Assembly (NCBI GenBank): GCA_018821245.1
Contig: JAHJMO010000002.1
Span: 9,231-73,230 of the forward strand
Origin: Patescibacteria group bacterium
GTDB taxonomy: Bacteria; Patescibacteriota; Microgenomatia; UBA10105; UBA927
DNA: 64,000 nucleotides
Direction: 5' to 3'
The translations under genes were made by a program, and so were the position numbers. This document shows positions 27,599 to 36,622 of this stretch, one piece after another; the first letter of the stretch is position 1, and every line of letters begins with the position of its first letter. The notes beneath the pieces were generated by a model, which ran no database searches, was not told the origin of the DNA, and saw nothing but the letters and a program-made list of their open reading frames with translations.

Positions 27599-28074
27599 GC
27601 TGTATGAAAAGAGCGGGCTTTTTTGATAGCCGCCTCCTCCTCCTTCGAAAGCTCAAAATCTTTACCTTTTCCCGCCCGCACTTCTTTGACGTACCAACGA
27701 TTTGCTGTGCGGCTGTACAACGACGTCATGACGATTCCGTTATTTTGGTTGTCCAATAGCGCAAGAGTAAGACTCTGTGCTCCACCCGTGTCGGCAAACG
27801 GATTAAATCTGACAATACCGATACGAGCTATATGCAGCTGGGCATCGGCCTCAAGAACTTCGATACGCTTTTGTATTTCAGCTACTTGATGTTTGAGCTC
27901 TTTCTGGTGGGATAAAATAGATTCCAATATCTCCGTAAGCCCACTTTTAGAAATACCACCGCTTAAGCGGTTGTAATGACGAACCGTCCGAACATGTATG
28001 AAAGTGAGCACTGCCAACCACGCAAAAATTACTACACAAAATATGATTACGGTCAAATTTTCGTTGAACACCAT
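27595..28074 (-). CDS. DUF4446 family protein
   Basis: N-terminal TM helix, a coiled segment, then RFNPFADTGGAQSLTLALLD, characteristic of DUF4446. Confidence 0.5.
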   Translation of the reverse strand: MVFNENLTVIIFCVVIFAWLAVLTFIHVRTVRHYNRLSGGISKSGLTEILESILSHQKELKHQVAEIQKRIEVLEADAQLHIARIGIVRFNPFADTGGAQSLTLALLDNQNNGIVMTSLYSRTANRWYVKEVRAGKGKDFELSKEEEAAIKKARSFHTA

Positions 28075-28245
28075 TGGTATTCAATATCTTACGATTTGAG
28101 GCCGTCACTTGTCAATCCACCAATAGAGTCTGTTTCCACAAAAACAGCTTAGCAATATGGAAGTTGACAAGGCTAGATAAGCTGTGCTACGCTCGTGCCC
28201 ACAAGCCTGAAATGAAGCTGACCTTCTTTTCCGGCGAGAAACATC

Positions 28246-28536
28246 ATGCCGAGAAAAACGAGAAGACAAAAACTCTCTGCCGAACATCACAGAAGCAGCG
28301 CGCCTCAACCCCAATCACCACAGGCGACAAGTACCCATATCGATTCCAATTCTTCAAATAATCTTCACGCTGTTTCTTACCGATTCAACGCGTCTACGCT
28401 TCCGAAAACAGAATCCCAGAGGGCAACGACGCCCGTAAGCGGATTTGACGCTATCAAGCGTGACCTTGTCAAAACGCTGATTATTTCTGTTCTTATGATT
28501 GTAAGCGAGTTTATGGTGTCTCGTATCGTTGTCTAG
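28246..28536 (+). CDS. hypothetical small protein with C-terminal TM helix
   Basis: 96 aa with a basic/Ser-rich N-terminus and C-terminal hydrophobic helix LVKTLIISVLMIVSEFMV. A promoter-like TTGACA-N18-TACGCT lies at 28164-28193. Weak support. Confidence 0.25.
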   Translation: MPRKTRRQKLSAEHHRSSAPQPQSPQATSTHIDSNSSNNLHAVSYRFNASTLPKTESQRATTPVSGFDAIKRDLVKTLIISVLMIVSEFMVSRIVV

Positions 28537-28588
28537 CATCAGGGATGGCATGATAATGTGTACTCCGGAAGGGAGGTGAAATAATAAT

Positions 28589-28729
28589 ATGGCAAATATG
28601 TATTGCGTAAAATGTCGAGCGAAGAGAGAGGATCCGAATGCCGTAAAAGTGACCATGAAAAACGGCAAGCCAGCAATGAAAGGCAAATGCCCAACATGCG
28701 GCACGGGTATGTACAAGATTGGCGGCTAA
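28589..28729 (+). CDS. DUF5679-like small zinc-ribbon protein
   Basis: 46 aa MANMYCVKCRAKREDPNAVKVTMKNGKPAMKGKCPTCGTGMYKIGG, two CxxC pairs, and a perfect SD GGGAGGTG 8 nt upstream. Not in the ORF track because it is under 60 aa. Confidence 0.6.
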   Translation: MANMYCVKCRAKREDPNAVKVTMKNGKPAMKGKCPTCGTGMYKIGG

Positions 28730-28753
28730 TTTTTTTGCAAAGAAATTGGGAGA

Positions 28754-28784
28754 AACCCCGCCGTACTTTCGGCGGGGTTATTGT
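28754..28784 (+). terminator. stem-loop terminator after the small zinc-ribbon gene
   Basis: aaccccgccg-tacttt-cggcggggtt followed by ttattg; the T-tract is weak. Confidence 0.4.
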
Positions 28785-28796
28785 GGTATACTACAC

Positions 28797-29334
28797 ACCG
28801 CACATTGGAATCCGAGCTCTCGCCCCGCCGAAGTGTGCCATGAGCCGTGTACGAATAGTACTGAAAAGGCGAATGGCAAGCGGAGTGCGGGGAGGAAAGT
28901 CCGGACAGCAGAATGCAGGGGACGGAGCGAAAGCTCCGACCCCGATTTTATATCGGGGCTGGTGTTCCGACGCCGAAAGGCAGTTGGGAACGAATCCTGA
29001 AATGAAGCGCAAGCTTCACGCCTCGGTGAAAACGAGGTGTGACAGGATGAGAGAGTCACAGAGACGATCATTAACCTGTAGCCCGACGGCTATGGTTGAT
29101 GGGTGAAACGCGTCCCGCCATGCCTTACCATTCGCCTTAGTAGATTTCTACTGCGGCTCATGGAACGGCTATTGGCGGGCAAGGGCAATCCCACCCGCTG
29201 CAACCGACGAAGTTACCGCCATAAGCATGCATTCGCGATCCTCCAATATTGGCAGGAGCGGTACCAAGAGTGCGGGCACTAGAGAAATGAGAGTTTAGAA
29301 ACAGAATCCGGCTTACGAGATTCCGATGTGCACA
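28797..29334 (+). ncRNA. rnpB: RNase P RNA (bacterial type)
   Basis: Conserved P4 strands GAGGAAAGTCCGGAC (about 28889-28904) and ACAGAATCCGGCTTA (29301-29315). P1 pairing is 5' gcacattggaatc (28798-28812) with 3' gattccgatgtgcac (29319-29333). No coding potential. Followed by a terminator. Confidence 0.65.
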
Positions 29335-29367
29335 AAAAAGCCTCTTGTACTTCAAGAGGTTTTTTGT
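29334..29367. terminator. bidirectional rho-independent terminator (aaaaaa-gcctcttg-tactt-caagaggt-tttttt)
   Basis: GC-rich 8-bp stem flanked by an A-tract and a T-tract, between the convergent rnpB and the AI-2E transporter gene. Confidence 0.7.
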
Positions 29368-29377
29368 GGAAGAATAA

Positions 29378-30355
29378 CTATTTTCTTTTCATGTTCTCTG
29401 CTAAAAACGCTCCGATTGATTCCTGTAGGACCAGTAGGACCGGGACGGCGAGGATTGCACCGGACAGCCCTGCAAGCCTGGCGCCAATCATAAGAGACAG
29501 GATCGTCACCAAGGGTGAAAGACCCACGCTTTTTTTCATCACCAAGGGCACAATCAAATTATTTTCAAGCTGCTGAACGATAATGTAGAGCGCCACAACA
29601 GACAGTGCAAGGAGCGGCGACGTTGCCAACGTGATAAGTACAGCCGGTATTGCCGAAACAACCGGTCCGATAACAGGAACGATTTCCAGGAGTCCCGCAA
29701 TAATGGCCAAAGGGAGTGCGAATTCTACCCGGAGGATCGCAAGCCCGACATATACCAATGCTCCAACAATAAACATAAGAAACACTTGCCCCCTTACCCA
29801 CGCGCCAAGCCTTTTTTCGATAATCCCTACTACGGCAATGACCCGACCGGCTGCCTCCGCTCCCATAAACTTTGACAGAAATTCATCTGTATGGGTTCTG
29901 GCAAGAAGAAAATAGAATGTAAAAACAAGAATGGATAATGTCGTCACGATATTTGAGAACACGCCCACTGTTATTCGTATGACGTTCTCTCCAATAGGAG
30001 AAAGCTGTTGAGCAAGCACGCGCTCGTCTATGTGCCAATACGGTAATACCCGTTCTACAACCCCCGGAAGAACCTGAATAAACTTATTGGACTGAGTAAT
30101 AAACGTAGGAACAGTCTGCGCAATACCGGCGCTGAACACACCCAACACAATGCCGTAGATGAAAAGGACCGCCAGAATACGCGGGATCTTTACCCGCTCC
30201 AAAGAGTCAACGAGCGGACGCAGTGCACTCATGAGAATAAAAGAAACAAAAACAAGGAAGAGAATGTCGCGAATCTGTACCAAAAACCACAATCCCACAA
30301 GAAGAAGGACTGTAAAAATAATAGTACGGTGAGATATTTCTATTTTAGAAACCAT
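29378..30355 (-). CDS. AI-2E family transporter (PerM/YhhT-like)
   Basis: 8-TM topology and AI-2E conserved regions (…IIAGLLEIVPVIGPVVSAIPAVLI…). Confidence 0.75.
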   Translation of the reverse strand: MVSKIEISHRTIIFTVLLLVGLWFLVQIRDILFLVFVSFILMSALRPLVDSLERVKIPRILAVLFIYGIVLGVFSAGIAQTVPTFITQSNKFIQVLPGVVERVLPYWHIDERVLAQQLSPIGENVIRITVGVFSNIVTTLSILVFTFYFLLARTHTDEFLSKFMGAEAAGRVIAVVGIIEKRLGAWVRGQVFLMFIVGALVYVGLAILRVEFALPLAIIAGLLEIVPVIGPVVSAIPAVLITLATSPLLALSVVALYIIVQQLENNLIVPLVMKKSVGLSPLVTILSLMIGARLAGLSGAILAVPVLLVLQESIGAFLAENMKRK

Positions 30356-30358
30356 AGG

Positions 30359-31381
30359 TTATCCATGAGTATACCATGCATCAACAAGCTTTTCTACTTT
30401 TACTCTGTAAGACTTATTGCAAATATCATACCATTGTGCCGAAAAGTTTTTCTTAAACCATGTAACCTGCCTTCGTGCATACGCATGTTCATCGCTCTTC
30501 CACTGATTCACGGCGCCTATGAACATCTGTGGTTTGTCCTTATCCGGCGCTTCGATATAACTCTTCCACTGCCTATATCCTAAAGCGGCAAATGATGGCA
30601 GGTCCCAGGTATATCCTTTACGCAACAAGTCTTCTATTTCCGCTATCATCCCCTGTTCAATGCGCCTGTCCACCCGGGCATCGACCCGGCGGTATAATAC
30701 CGACAAAGCAGTGGACAATACAATAGCACAAACATCATGCTTTGTTTGAAAAAATTCTCTTTCACACGCGGGTTTATTTGTTTTGTGAGAGTTGACTATC
30801 TCGATTTTGCGAATCAACCGTCTGGGGTTTTGCCTGTCTGATGCGTTTAACCTGTCCCAAATCATGGGCGCGATACTGCATAATTCTGCCTGAAGATAGT
30901 CAAGAGACTTGTCTTGTAAGTGTCTGCGCAGCGTGACATCCGGCGGAATATGAATAGTCTCCAAGTGATCAGTAAGCGATTTTACGTACAAACCCGTCCC
31001 TCCAACCACAATCGGCAGCTTTCCCCTGCTCCATATATTATCTATAACGGCTGTGGCCAACGCCTGATAGTGCGCGACACTAAATGCCTCATCAGGCCGA
31101 ACCACGTCATACATCCAAATCGGAATATTATTTAATAAGTAAGGAAATACTGTGTATATATTATTTTTGTATTTAACTGTGAACTGTAAAATTTCAAATA
31201 TGAACTTTTTACCTGGCAGATCCTTTCCTGTCCCTATGTCCATACCCCTATACCCTTGCCGGGAGTCGGCGCTCACCAACTCACCGTCATATTTTTGAGC
31301 CAACTTCAATGACAACGCCGTCTTCCCTGTCGCCGTCGGCCCGCAGATGATCAATAATTTATTCTGTGGCTTCATATTCAC
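30359..31381 (-). CDS. miaA: tRNA dimethylallyltransferase MiaA (with insertions)
   Basis: P-loop GPTATGKT, IVVGGTGLY, adjacent to miaB; 340 aa. Confidence 0.8.
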   Translation of the reverse strand: MNMKPQNKLLIICGPTATGKTALSLKLAQKYDGELVSADSRQGYRGMDIGTGKDLPGKKFIFEILQFTVKYKNNIYTVFPYLLNNIPIWMYDVVRPDEAFSVAHYQALATAVIDNIWSRGKLPIVVGGTGLYVKSLTDHLETIHIPPDVTLRRHLQDKSLDYLQAELCSIAPMIWDRLNASDRQNPRRLIRKIEIVNSHKTNKPACEREFFQTKHDVCAIVLSTALSVLYRRVDARVDRRIEQGMIAEIEDLLRKGYTWDLPSFAALGYRQWKSYIEAPDKDKPQMFIGAVNQWKSDEHAYARRQVTWFKKNFSAQWYDICNKSYRVKVEKLVDAWYTHG

Positions 31382-31415
31382 ATGTTAACACGTTAATATA
31401 TATTGCTCTTGAAAC

Positions 31416-32531
31416 TTATTGTTTTTTCACTAAATTCGGTTTATTAATCAAGTCTTCCAAAAACTTCCAACGGCGTTTTTTTTTGGAATGAGGAACGTCA
31501 TCTTTGTAAATTTTGTGGGCGGTTGTCAACGGCCGGTCGGAGTAAACAGAAATGTATGCTTTGTAAAATCCGGCTTTTTTGCAGAGGTCAACGGTATTTT
31601 GAAACTGCTCTTCGGTTTCTCCGGGAAATCCGACAATAATATCTGTGCTTAATTGTATAGTATTAATTTTTGATTTTAACTTAGCGATGAGTTTTATGTA
31701 CTCGTCGCGGGTGTACCACCGGTTCATCTTTCGAAGGATTTTGTTATCGCCTGATTGTACCGGCAAATGGATCTGGCGGGAGACGTTCGGATTTTTTGCA
31801 ATTACATCTATCAAATCATCGGAAAAATCCCAAGGATTACTTGAAATAAAATCAATTAGTTTAATTCCTTTTATTCTACAAATTTCTTCCAAAAGCTGCG
31901 GGAACAACGTCGGGATTCTCAATCTCCCTAAGTGTTTAACATAAACCGGCTTTACTCCTGTATTTACAATATCTGCACCATAAGAATTGACGTTCTGGCC
32001 AACCAGAGTGATATGCGTATAGCCGCTTTTGGCCAACTCCATACATTCGGCAATAATCTCTTCAAACGGCCGGCTGACTTCCCGTCCGCGTGTAAACGGT
32101 ACGACACAGTACGTACAGAAATTATTACAGCCGTTGCTGATCGGCACTAACGCGTGTTTAGCGTCGCCCCGAAGGGGCGCGTGGTCAAAACCAACCTCCT
32201 CAATCGGCAAAAATTCATCAACTTCCGGTAGTTTCTTTTTGAAAAGTGCTAACATTTTCCCCGTTTTTTCGCGCACTGCCATCCCAACCATACAGCCGGT
32301 GACCACAATCTTAAATTTAAAATTTTCAGTTTTTAATTTTGATAAATTTTTTACTAATCCATACACTCTGTTTTCCGCAGACTCGCGGATCATGCAGGTA
32401 TTAATGACAACTACGTCAGCATCTTTAATCAATTTGGCTTTTTTATACCCCCTTCCCTCATAACCGGCCGCGATCCGCTCGCTGTCAGCAACGTTTTGGG
32501 CGCAGCCGAAGGTAACGATGTGATATTTCAT
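31416..32531 (-). CDS. miaB: MiaB-family radical-SAM methylthiotransferase (short form, no obvious TRAM domain)
   Basis: N-terminal MTTase domain (IVTFGCAQN), radical SAM CNNFCTYCVVP; 371 aa. Confidence 0.75.
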   Translation of the reverse strand: MKYHIVTFGCAQNVADSERIAAGYEGRGYKKAKLIKDADVVVINTCMIRESAENRVYGLVKNLSKLKTENFKFKIVVTGCMVGMAVREKTGKMLALFKKKLPEVDEFLPIEEVGFDHAPLRGDAKHALVPISNGCNNFCTYCVVPFTRGREVSRPFEEIIAECMELAKSGYTHITLVGQNVNSYGADIVNTGVKPVYVKHLGRLRIPTLFPQLLEEICRIKGIKLIDFISSNPWDFSDDLIDVIAKNPNVSRQIHLPVQSGDNKILRKMNRWYTRDEYIKLIAKLKSKINTIQLSTDIIVGFPGETEEQFQNTVDLCKKAGFYKAYISVYSDRPLTTAHKIYKDDVPHSKKKRRWKFLEDLINKPNLVKKQ

Positions 32532-32674
32532 AGCCTATATCCTAAACAGATGACTCTATTACATTGATTACCAGCGGAGTCCGCAGAAGCGAACATTCGG
32601 CTGCGTGGACGTAGACCACGAGTCGAATTTGAGCGAAGGCGGGCGCAGCCGAAGGTAACGATGTGATATTTCAT
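32528..32674 (-). CDS. upstream ORF whose first 11 codons duplicate the miaB start (48 aa) and whose TGA overlaps the miaB ATG
   Basis: Plus-strand 32641-32675 (gggcgcagccgaaggtaacgatgtgatatttcat) repeats 32497-32531. Minus-strand translation is MKYHIVTFGCARLRSNSTRGLRPRSRMFASADSAGNQCNRVICLGYRL* and ends in ATGA with the miaB start. TACAAT lies 8 nt upstream of its ATG. Could equally be a non-translated duplication relic. Confidence 0.3.
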   Translation of the reverse strand: MKYHIVTFGCARLRSNSTRGLRPRSRMFASADSAGNQCNRVICLGYRL

Positions 32675-32704
32675 CGAGATGTATTGTACCAAAATACGAG
32701 GAGA

Positions 32705-33496
32705 TTATTCTTTCCCGACAATTACCTGGACGTCGTAGGCGGAATCCGAAGACAAAGTGGCGGCAGGCGTGCCGATAACATAGTCTTCCTGCAAGTCCTT
32801 CTCAAGAAGCGATAAATATGCCCGGCTCTCTGCTTTCGCGATGATTTCTGTCTCCTGATAATCATAATTTTCTGCGTTACTCACGTCTTCCACGGTATAC
32901 CCCTTCTCTTCCAAAAACGTCTTCATCGTGCCGGCTGCTCCGGCAATACCTGAGCCATTGAGCACTTGAACCTTAAGATCGGCACGCTGAAGTTCGCCAG
33001 GCGTGGGTGTTGCGACGGGTGCTGGAGTCGGGGTCGGTGTAGATTGGACAGTAATCTTCGGCAACGATATCGAACCCCTGGCAACGGCGACTAACCCAAA
33101 ACCAACGACAGCCGCCACTCCCAAGACAATAGCCGCCCACAACCAAATAGGGACAACGGCAGAATTTTTGTGCATGGAAATGTCAGCGGTTTCCGCAGTG
33201 TTTTTGGAAGTAAATAATTCTTCAACGACTTCTTTCCGCTTCTCATCGGAGGCTTCCTGATTTTTCTCTTCCACTTCATCCGTTCCCTGCTTCTCTTCAT
33301 CCTCTGTCTCCCGCGTGGGTGGTGCTTCATCAGGCAACGCTTCCGCAGGTTTACTGTCAACGACGTCCTTCGGTGGATCTTCGGAAACCTCGGGAACCAG
33401 GGTAATCTCCTCCTCGATCACTTCCACAATGTGCCGTACCGGAGGTGTATCTGTGGATTTAGCTGCTTTTTTCTTCGCTGATCGAACCCCTGGCAT
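32705..33496 (-). CDS. LytR_C (LytR/CpsA/Psr C-terminal) domain protein, membrane-anchored
   Basis: Acidic N-terminus, a TM helix, a Pro/Thr linker, then LKVQVLNGSGIAGAAG...GY.V..V.NA typical of LytR_C. Confidence 0.5.
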   Translation of the reverse strand: MPGVRSAKKKAAKSTDTPPVRHIVEVIEEEITLVPEVSEDPPKDVVDSKPAEALPDEAPPTRETEDEEKQGTDEVEEKNQEASDEKRKEVVEELFTSKNTAETADISMHKNSAVVPIWLWAAIVLGVAAVVGFGLVAVARGSISLPKITVQSTPTPTPAPVATPTPGELQRADLKVQVLNGSGIAGAAGTMKTFLEEKGYTVEDVSNAENYDYQETEIIAKAESRAYLSLLEKDLQEDYVIGTPAATLSSDSAYDVQVIVGKE

Positions 33497-33541
33497 ACTA
33501 TATACAGTATACAGAAAACCATGTGCTAATCAAGTGCTTTA

Positions 33542-34330
33542 TCAACTGCTGGCACTTGCGTAGTAGCGAAGGGCAAATCGCCAAATTCGACGAGATAAAT
33601 AGAAAAAAAATGTCGATAAGACAAGCAGCCTAATGATTTCTACCCAAGTAAATTTCCCCATGAGAATATGTGCAGGAGTATTAATAATAAGTGTAATCGG
33701 CAACAATATGAAAAACAATACATTTATTAGCTGCTGGGCTACTTCCCGAGGGAACCGGGCAAAGCTTTCGAAAGAATACAAGAGCAGTACTAAATTTGAC
33801 AAACTGCTATCCCATATAAGCACACTTAATGTGGAATACCATAATGAATATAATAAAACCAAAGAGAAAAACGCGATCGTGATTACGCTGAGCATTTGCA
33901 CAAACGTGACAGCAATTCCTAATATATTAATAAACCATAGGGTATAACAACCAGCCATGAGAATTCTTAAAATGATAGTAAAATCGACCAACCAAAAACT
34001 CAAGGCAAACTGTGAATCTATTGGTTTGGTCAGAATCAAATCCAAATCACCAAGGTGAATCACTCTGGAGAACCTGCGCATGTTGACTGAAATCAGCATG
34101 TGGAATACACCGATGATCATCCCGTAAAGCCCATTGAATAATAATATTTCCTGCCTGCTCCAACCGTATGCTGTGTTGATATTGTTGGTAAGAAGATAAA
34201 TAGAATATAGAGATATAAATCCCCACCCCACACTTGCTATTATGCTGTTGACAAAATTAGCACGATAAGCAGTTACATTGGCAAAATTTAATCCCAATAA
34301 TTTTTTGTAAATCCGTAAGTAACGAAACAT
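33542..34330 (-). CDS. ABC-2 family transporter permease
   Basis: 6-TM hydrophobic protein immediately downstream of a second permease and an ABC ATPase. Confidence 0.6.
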   Translation of the reverse strand: MFRYLRIYKKLLGLNFANVTAYRANFVNSIIASVGWGFISLYSIYLLTNNINTAYGWSRQEILLFNGLYGMIIGVFHMLISVNMRRFSRVIHLGDLDLILTKPIDSQFALSFWLVDFTIILRILMAGCYTLWFINILGIAVTFVQMLSVITIAFFSLVLLYSLWYSTLSVLIWDSSLSNLVLLLYSFESFARFPREVAQQLINVLFFILLPITLIINTPAHILMGKFTWVEIIRLLVLSTFFFYLSRRIWRFALRYYASASS

Positions 34331-34331
34331 A

Positions 34332-35135
34332 TTATTGGCCTACGGCGGTAAAACGTCTTAAACCGGAGCGCCATACCAGCCGATAAAGCCACAAAAAAAA
34401 CAAAATCCATAATATTTGAGCACCGATAACCTTCCAAAGTCCCAATACGCTCATATTTCCCTGGAAAGCTATTACCGGATAATAAATCATGTGGGCAATC
34501 GGACCAGCAAGAGCTACCTCACGCAAGCCGCCCGGAAGCAGGCTCAAAGGAAGTATATAACCTGCAAAAATTAAAGAGATCATCGTTTCCAGGTTATTTA
34601 CCCCTCTAAAATCAGTTACCCAAAAGGCCGATAATCCCACAATCATCTTATAGGTAAAAGATAATAAATATCCAAAAAGTATTATGAGGGCAATATACGG
34701 ATACTGCGCCGGCTTTGCTAAAGGAAATTTATAGAACGCGATGGCCGTGCATAAAATTATAACTCCGAATGTTCCTTGTATAATCCGCCACGGAAGCTCC
34801 TGACAGAATTTAATCCAGTAATACGAAAACGGCTTGGTCAAATATCGCGAAAGCCATCCTAACTGAATGTCTTCAAAAGCAACTTCCTCCTCAATGTGTA
34901 CATGCAGCAAACATCCAGCTATTATCATAAGAAGGTAATATGAGACTGCGCCCGGCAAATTCCAAACAGAATTATTATCAAGAATTGCTCCTCTCCAAAA
35001 CAACAGATACATCGCTGATTCAGATAAAGTAACCAAAAACCAAACGAGGGACCGCCATTTATATTCTAAAGCATGCTGACTGTATAGGAGGAATATCCGT
35101 AATATTCTACGCATATTTATTTTTTGCAAACACAT
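34332..35135 (-). CDS. ABC-2 family transporter permease
   Basis: Polytopic membrane protein in the operon with the ATPase at 35107-36087. Confidence 0.6.
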   Translation of the reverse strand: MCLQKINMRRILRIFLLYSQHALEYKWRSLVWFLVTLSESAMYLLFWRGAILDNNSVWNLPGAVSYYLLMIIAGCLLHVHIEEEVAFEDIQLGWLSRYLTKPFSYYWIKFCQELPWRIIQGTFGVIILCTAIAFYKFPLAKPAQYPYIALIILFGYLLSFTYKMIVGLSAFWVTDFRGVNNLETMISLIFAGYILPLSLLPGGLREVALAGPIAHMIYYPVIAFQGNMSVLGLWKVIGAQILWILFFLWLYRLVWRSGLRRFTAVGQ

Positions 35136-36087
35136 CGCGGATTACTTCTTCGATATCCGGTTCTTCAATATTAAGATCGTCAACCGGAAACTTCTGGAGA
35201 AGTTGTGCCGCTGCCACGTTGGAGGCATTTCTGGCAACACGTATGACTGCTTTGGGAAAATTGTATTCTACCAATTCTCCTATTTCCTGAAATGCAACCG
35301 GCGTAACATACGTGTCTAACACAATGGACAGTACTTTATATTTGGCAAATTTTGCCACCAGCTTTTCCAGCTTACCGTCGTACACAATGCTCCCATGATC
35401 GATGATGACCACCCGTTTGGCCAGCTGCCGTACGTCTTCCATATAATGAGACGTAAGTAGAATTGTGGAATTGTGAAAGGTATTATAGTTTTGTATGAAA
35501 TCACGCATCTTTTTCTGCATCACTACGTCCAAACCGATCGTGGGTTCATCTAAAAACAAAACCTTGGGGCTGTGGAGGAGAGCGGCGATAATCTCCATCT
35601 TCATGCGCTCCCCCAAAGACAGCTTACGCACCTGTACCTTAAGAAGGTCAGAAACGTCCAAAAGCTCCACAAGTTCTTTGAGTGTTTTGTGATACTCCGT
35701 ATCGGGGATTTCGTAGATTTCTTTGTTCAAAAGAAACGTTTCAACAGCCGGTAAATCCCACCAAAGCTGATTTTTCTGTCCCATAACCAGGGCAATCTGT
35801 TTAAGGAATGCGTTTTTGCGGTCAAACGGGGTATATCCCAACACGGACACCTTGCCGCTTGTAGGGTAAAGAAGCCCCGACAGACACTTGAGAGTCGTGG
35901 TTTTCCCCGCGCCGTTGGGACCGATGAACCCCACGAGCTCGCCTTGGCCCACCTCAAACGAAATGTCGTCGACTGCATGAACCGTATCGAATGTGCGAGT
36001 AAAAAGCGACCGTATGGAACCCATAAATCCAGGCTCTTTGCGGTGAACCCGATAATATTTTTTGAGATGGGAAACAGAGATAACCAT
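35107..36087 (-). CDS. ABC transporter ATP-binding protein
   Basis: Walker A GPNGAGKTT, signature LSLGERMK, Walker B LFLDEPTIGLD. Start set at MVISVSHLKKYY (36085-36087) because the longer ORF would run into hup. Confidence 0.8.
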   Translation of the reverse strand: MVISVSHLKKYYRVHRKEPGFMGSIRSLFTRTFDTVHAVDDISFEVGQGELVGFIGPNGAGKTTTLKCLSGLLYPTSGKVSVLGYTPFDRKNAFLKQIALVMGQKNQLWWDLPAVETFLLNKEIYEIPDTEYHKTLKELVELLDVSDLLKVQVRKLSLGERMKMEIIAALLHSPKVLFLDEPTIGLDVVMQKKMRDFIQNYNTFHNSTILLTSHYMEDVRQLAKRVVIIDHGSIVYDGKLEKLVAKFAKYKVLSIVLDTYVTPVAFQEIGELVEYNFPKAVIRVARNASNVAAAQLLQKFPVDDLNIEEPDIEEVIRDVFAKNKYA

Positions 36088-36175
36088 GAATAATCTACTA
36101 AGCTCCAGTATACCAAAAGAGACATCCCCCGGAATGAGGGAGTCTCTTAAAGTATAGTCGATAAACGATATTGTA

Positions 36176-36448
36176 TTACCGTACGACTTTCTTAAGTGCT
36201 TTTCCTGCCGTAAAACCCGGAGTCTTGCGCGCAGAAATGTTGATGGGAGCACCTGTTTGCGGATTGCGACCTGTCCGAGCCTTACGGGATCGAACCATGA
36301 ATGTCCCAAATCCTGTGACCACCACTTTGTCGCCTTTTTTAAGCGCATCAGTAATAGAGCCAAACACTGCGGCGACTGATTCTCGCGCAGCTTTTGCAGT
36401 CAAACTGGCCTTTTTGGCAACAACTTCGACTAAATCTGCTTTTGTCAT
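36176..36448 (-). CDS. hup: DNA-binding protein HU
   Basis: MTKADLVEVVAKKASLTAKAARESVAAVF...GFGTF.VR.R.AR.GRNPQTG..I.I. ~90 aa. Confidence 0.88.
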   Translation of the reverse strand: MTKADLVEVVAKKASLTAKAARESVAAVFGSITDALKKGDKVVVTGFGTFMVRSRKARTGRNPQTGAPINISARKTPGFTAGKALKKVVR

Positions 36449-36622
36449 GAATATATTCACCTCCCTCCGGGCAGAGCATTAGAACAAGAAAAAAAATATT
36501 GGGGATTGCTGTTACAATCTCTATAACGCAATGTAAATAATTCGGGGCATCCTGTCAAGGTATCAAATAAACTATCGCACTATAACAATCCGGATATTAG
36601 TATATATCCTAAATGGAGCGCC

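Noticed and set aside
28603-29355. Several overlapping ORFs on both strands (28603-29106, 28719-29000, 28778-29071, 29158-29355)
   Set aside because: They lie inside the region carrying the RNase P RNA conserved P4/P1 elements and are better explained as chance ORFs in a GC-rich structured RNA gene.
35107-36363. 418-aa version of the ABC ATPase
   Set aside because: The first 92 codons are non-conserved and would overlap the hup gene on the same strand. The Walker A is about 50 residues after the internal Met, so the ORF was shortened to 35107-36087.
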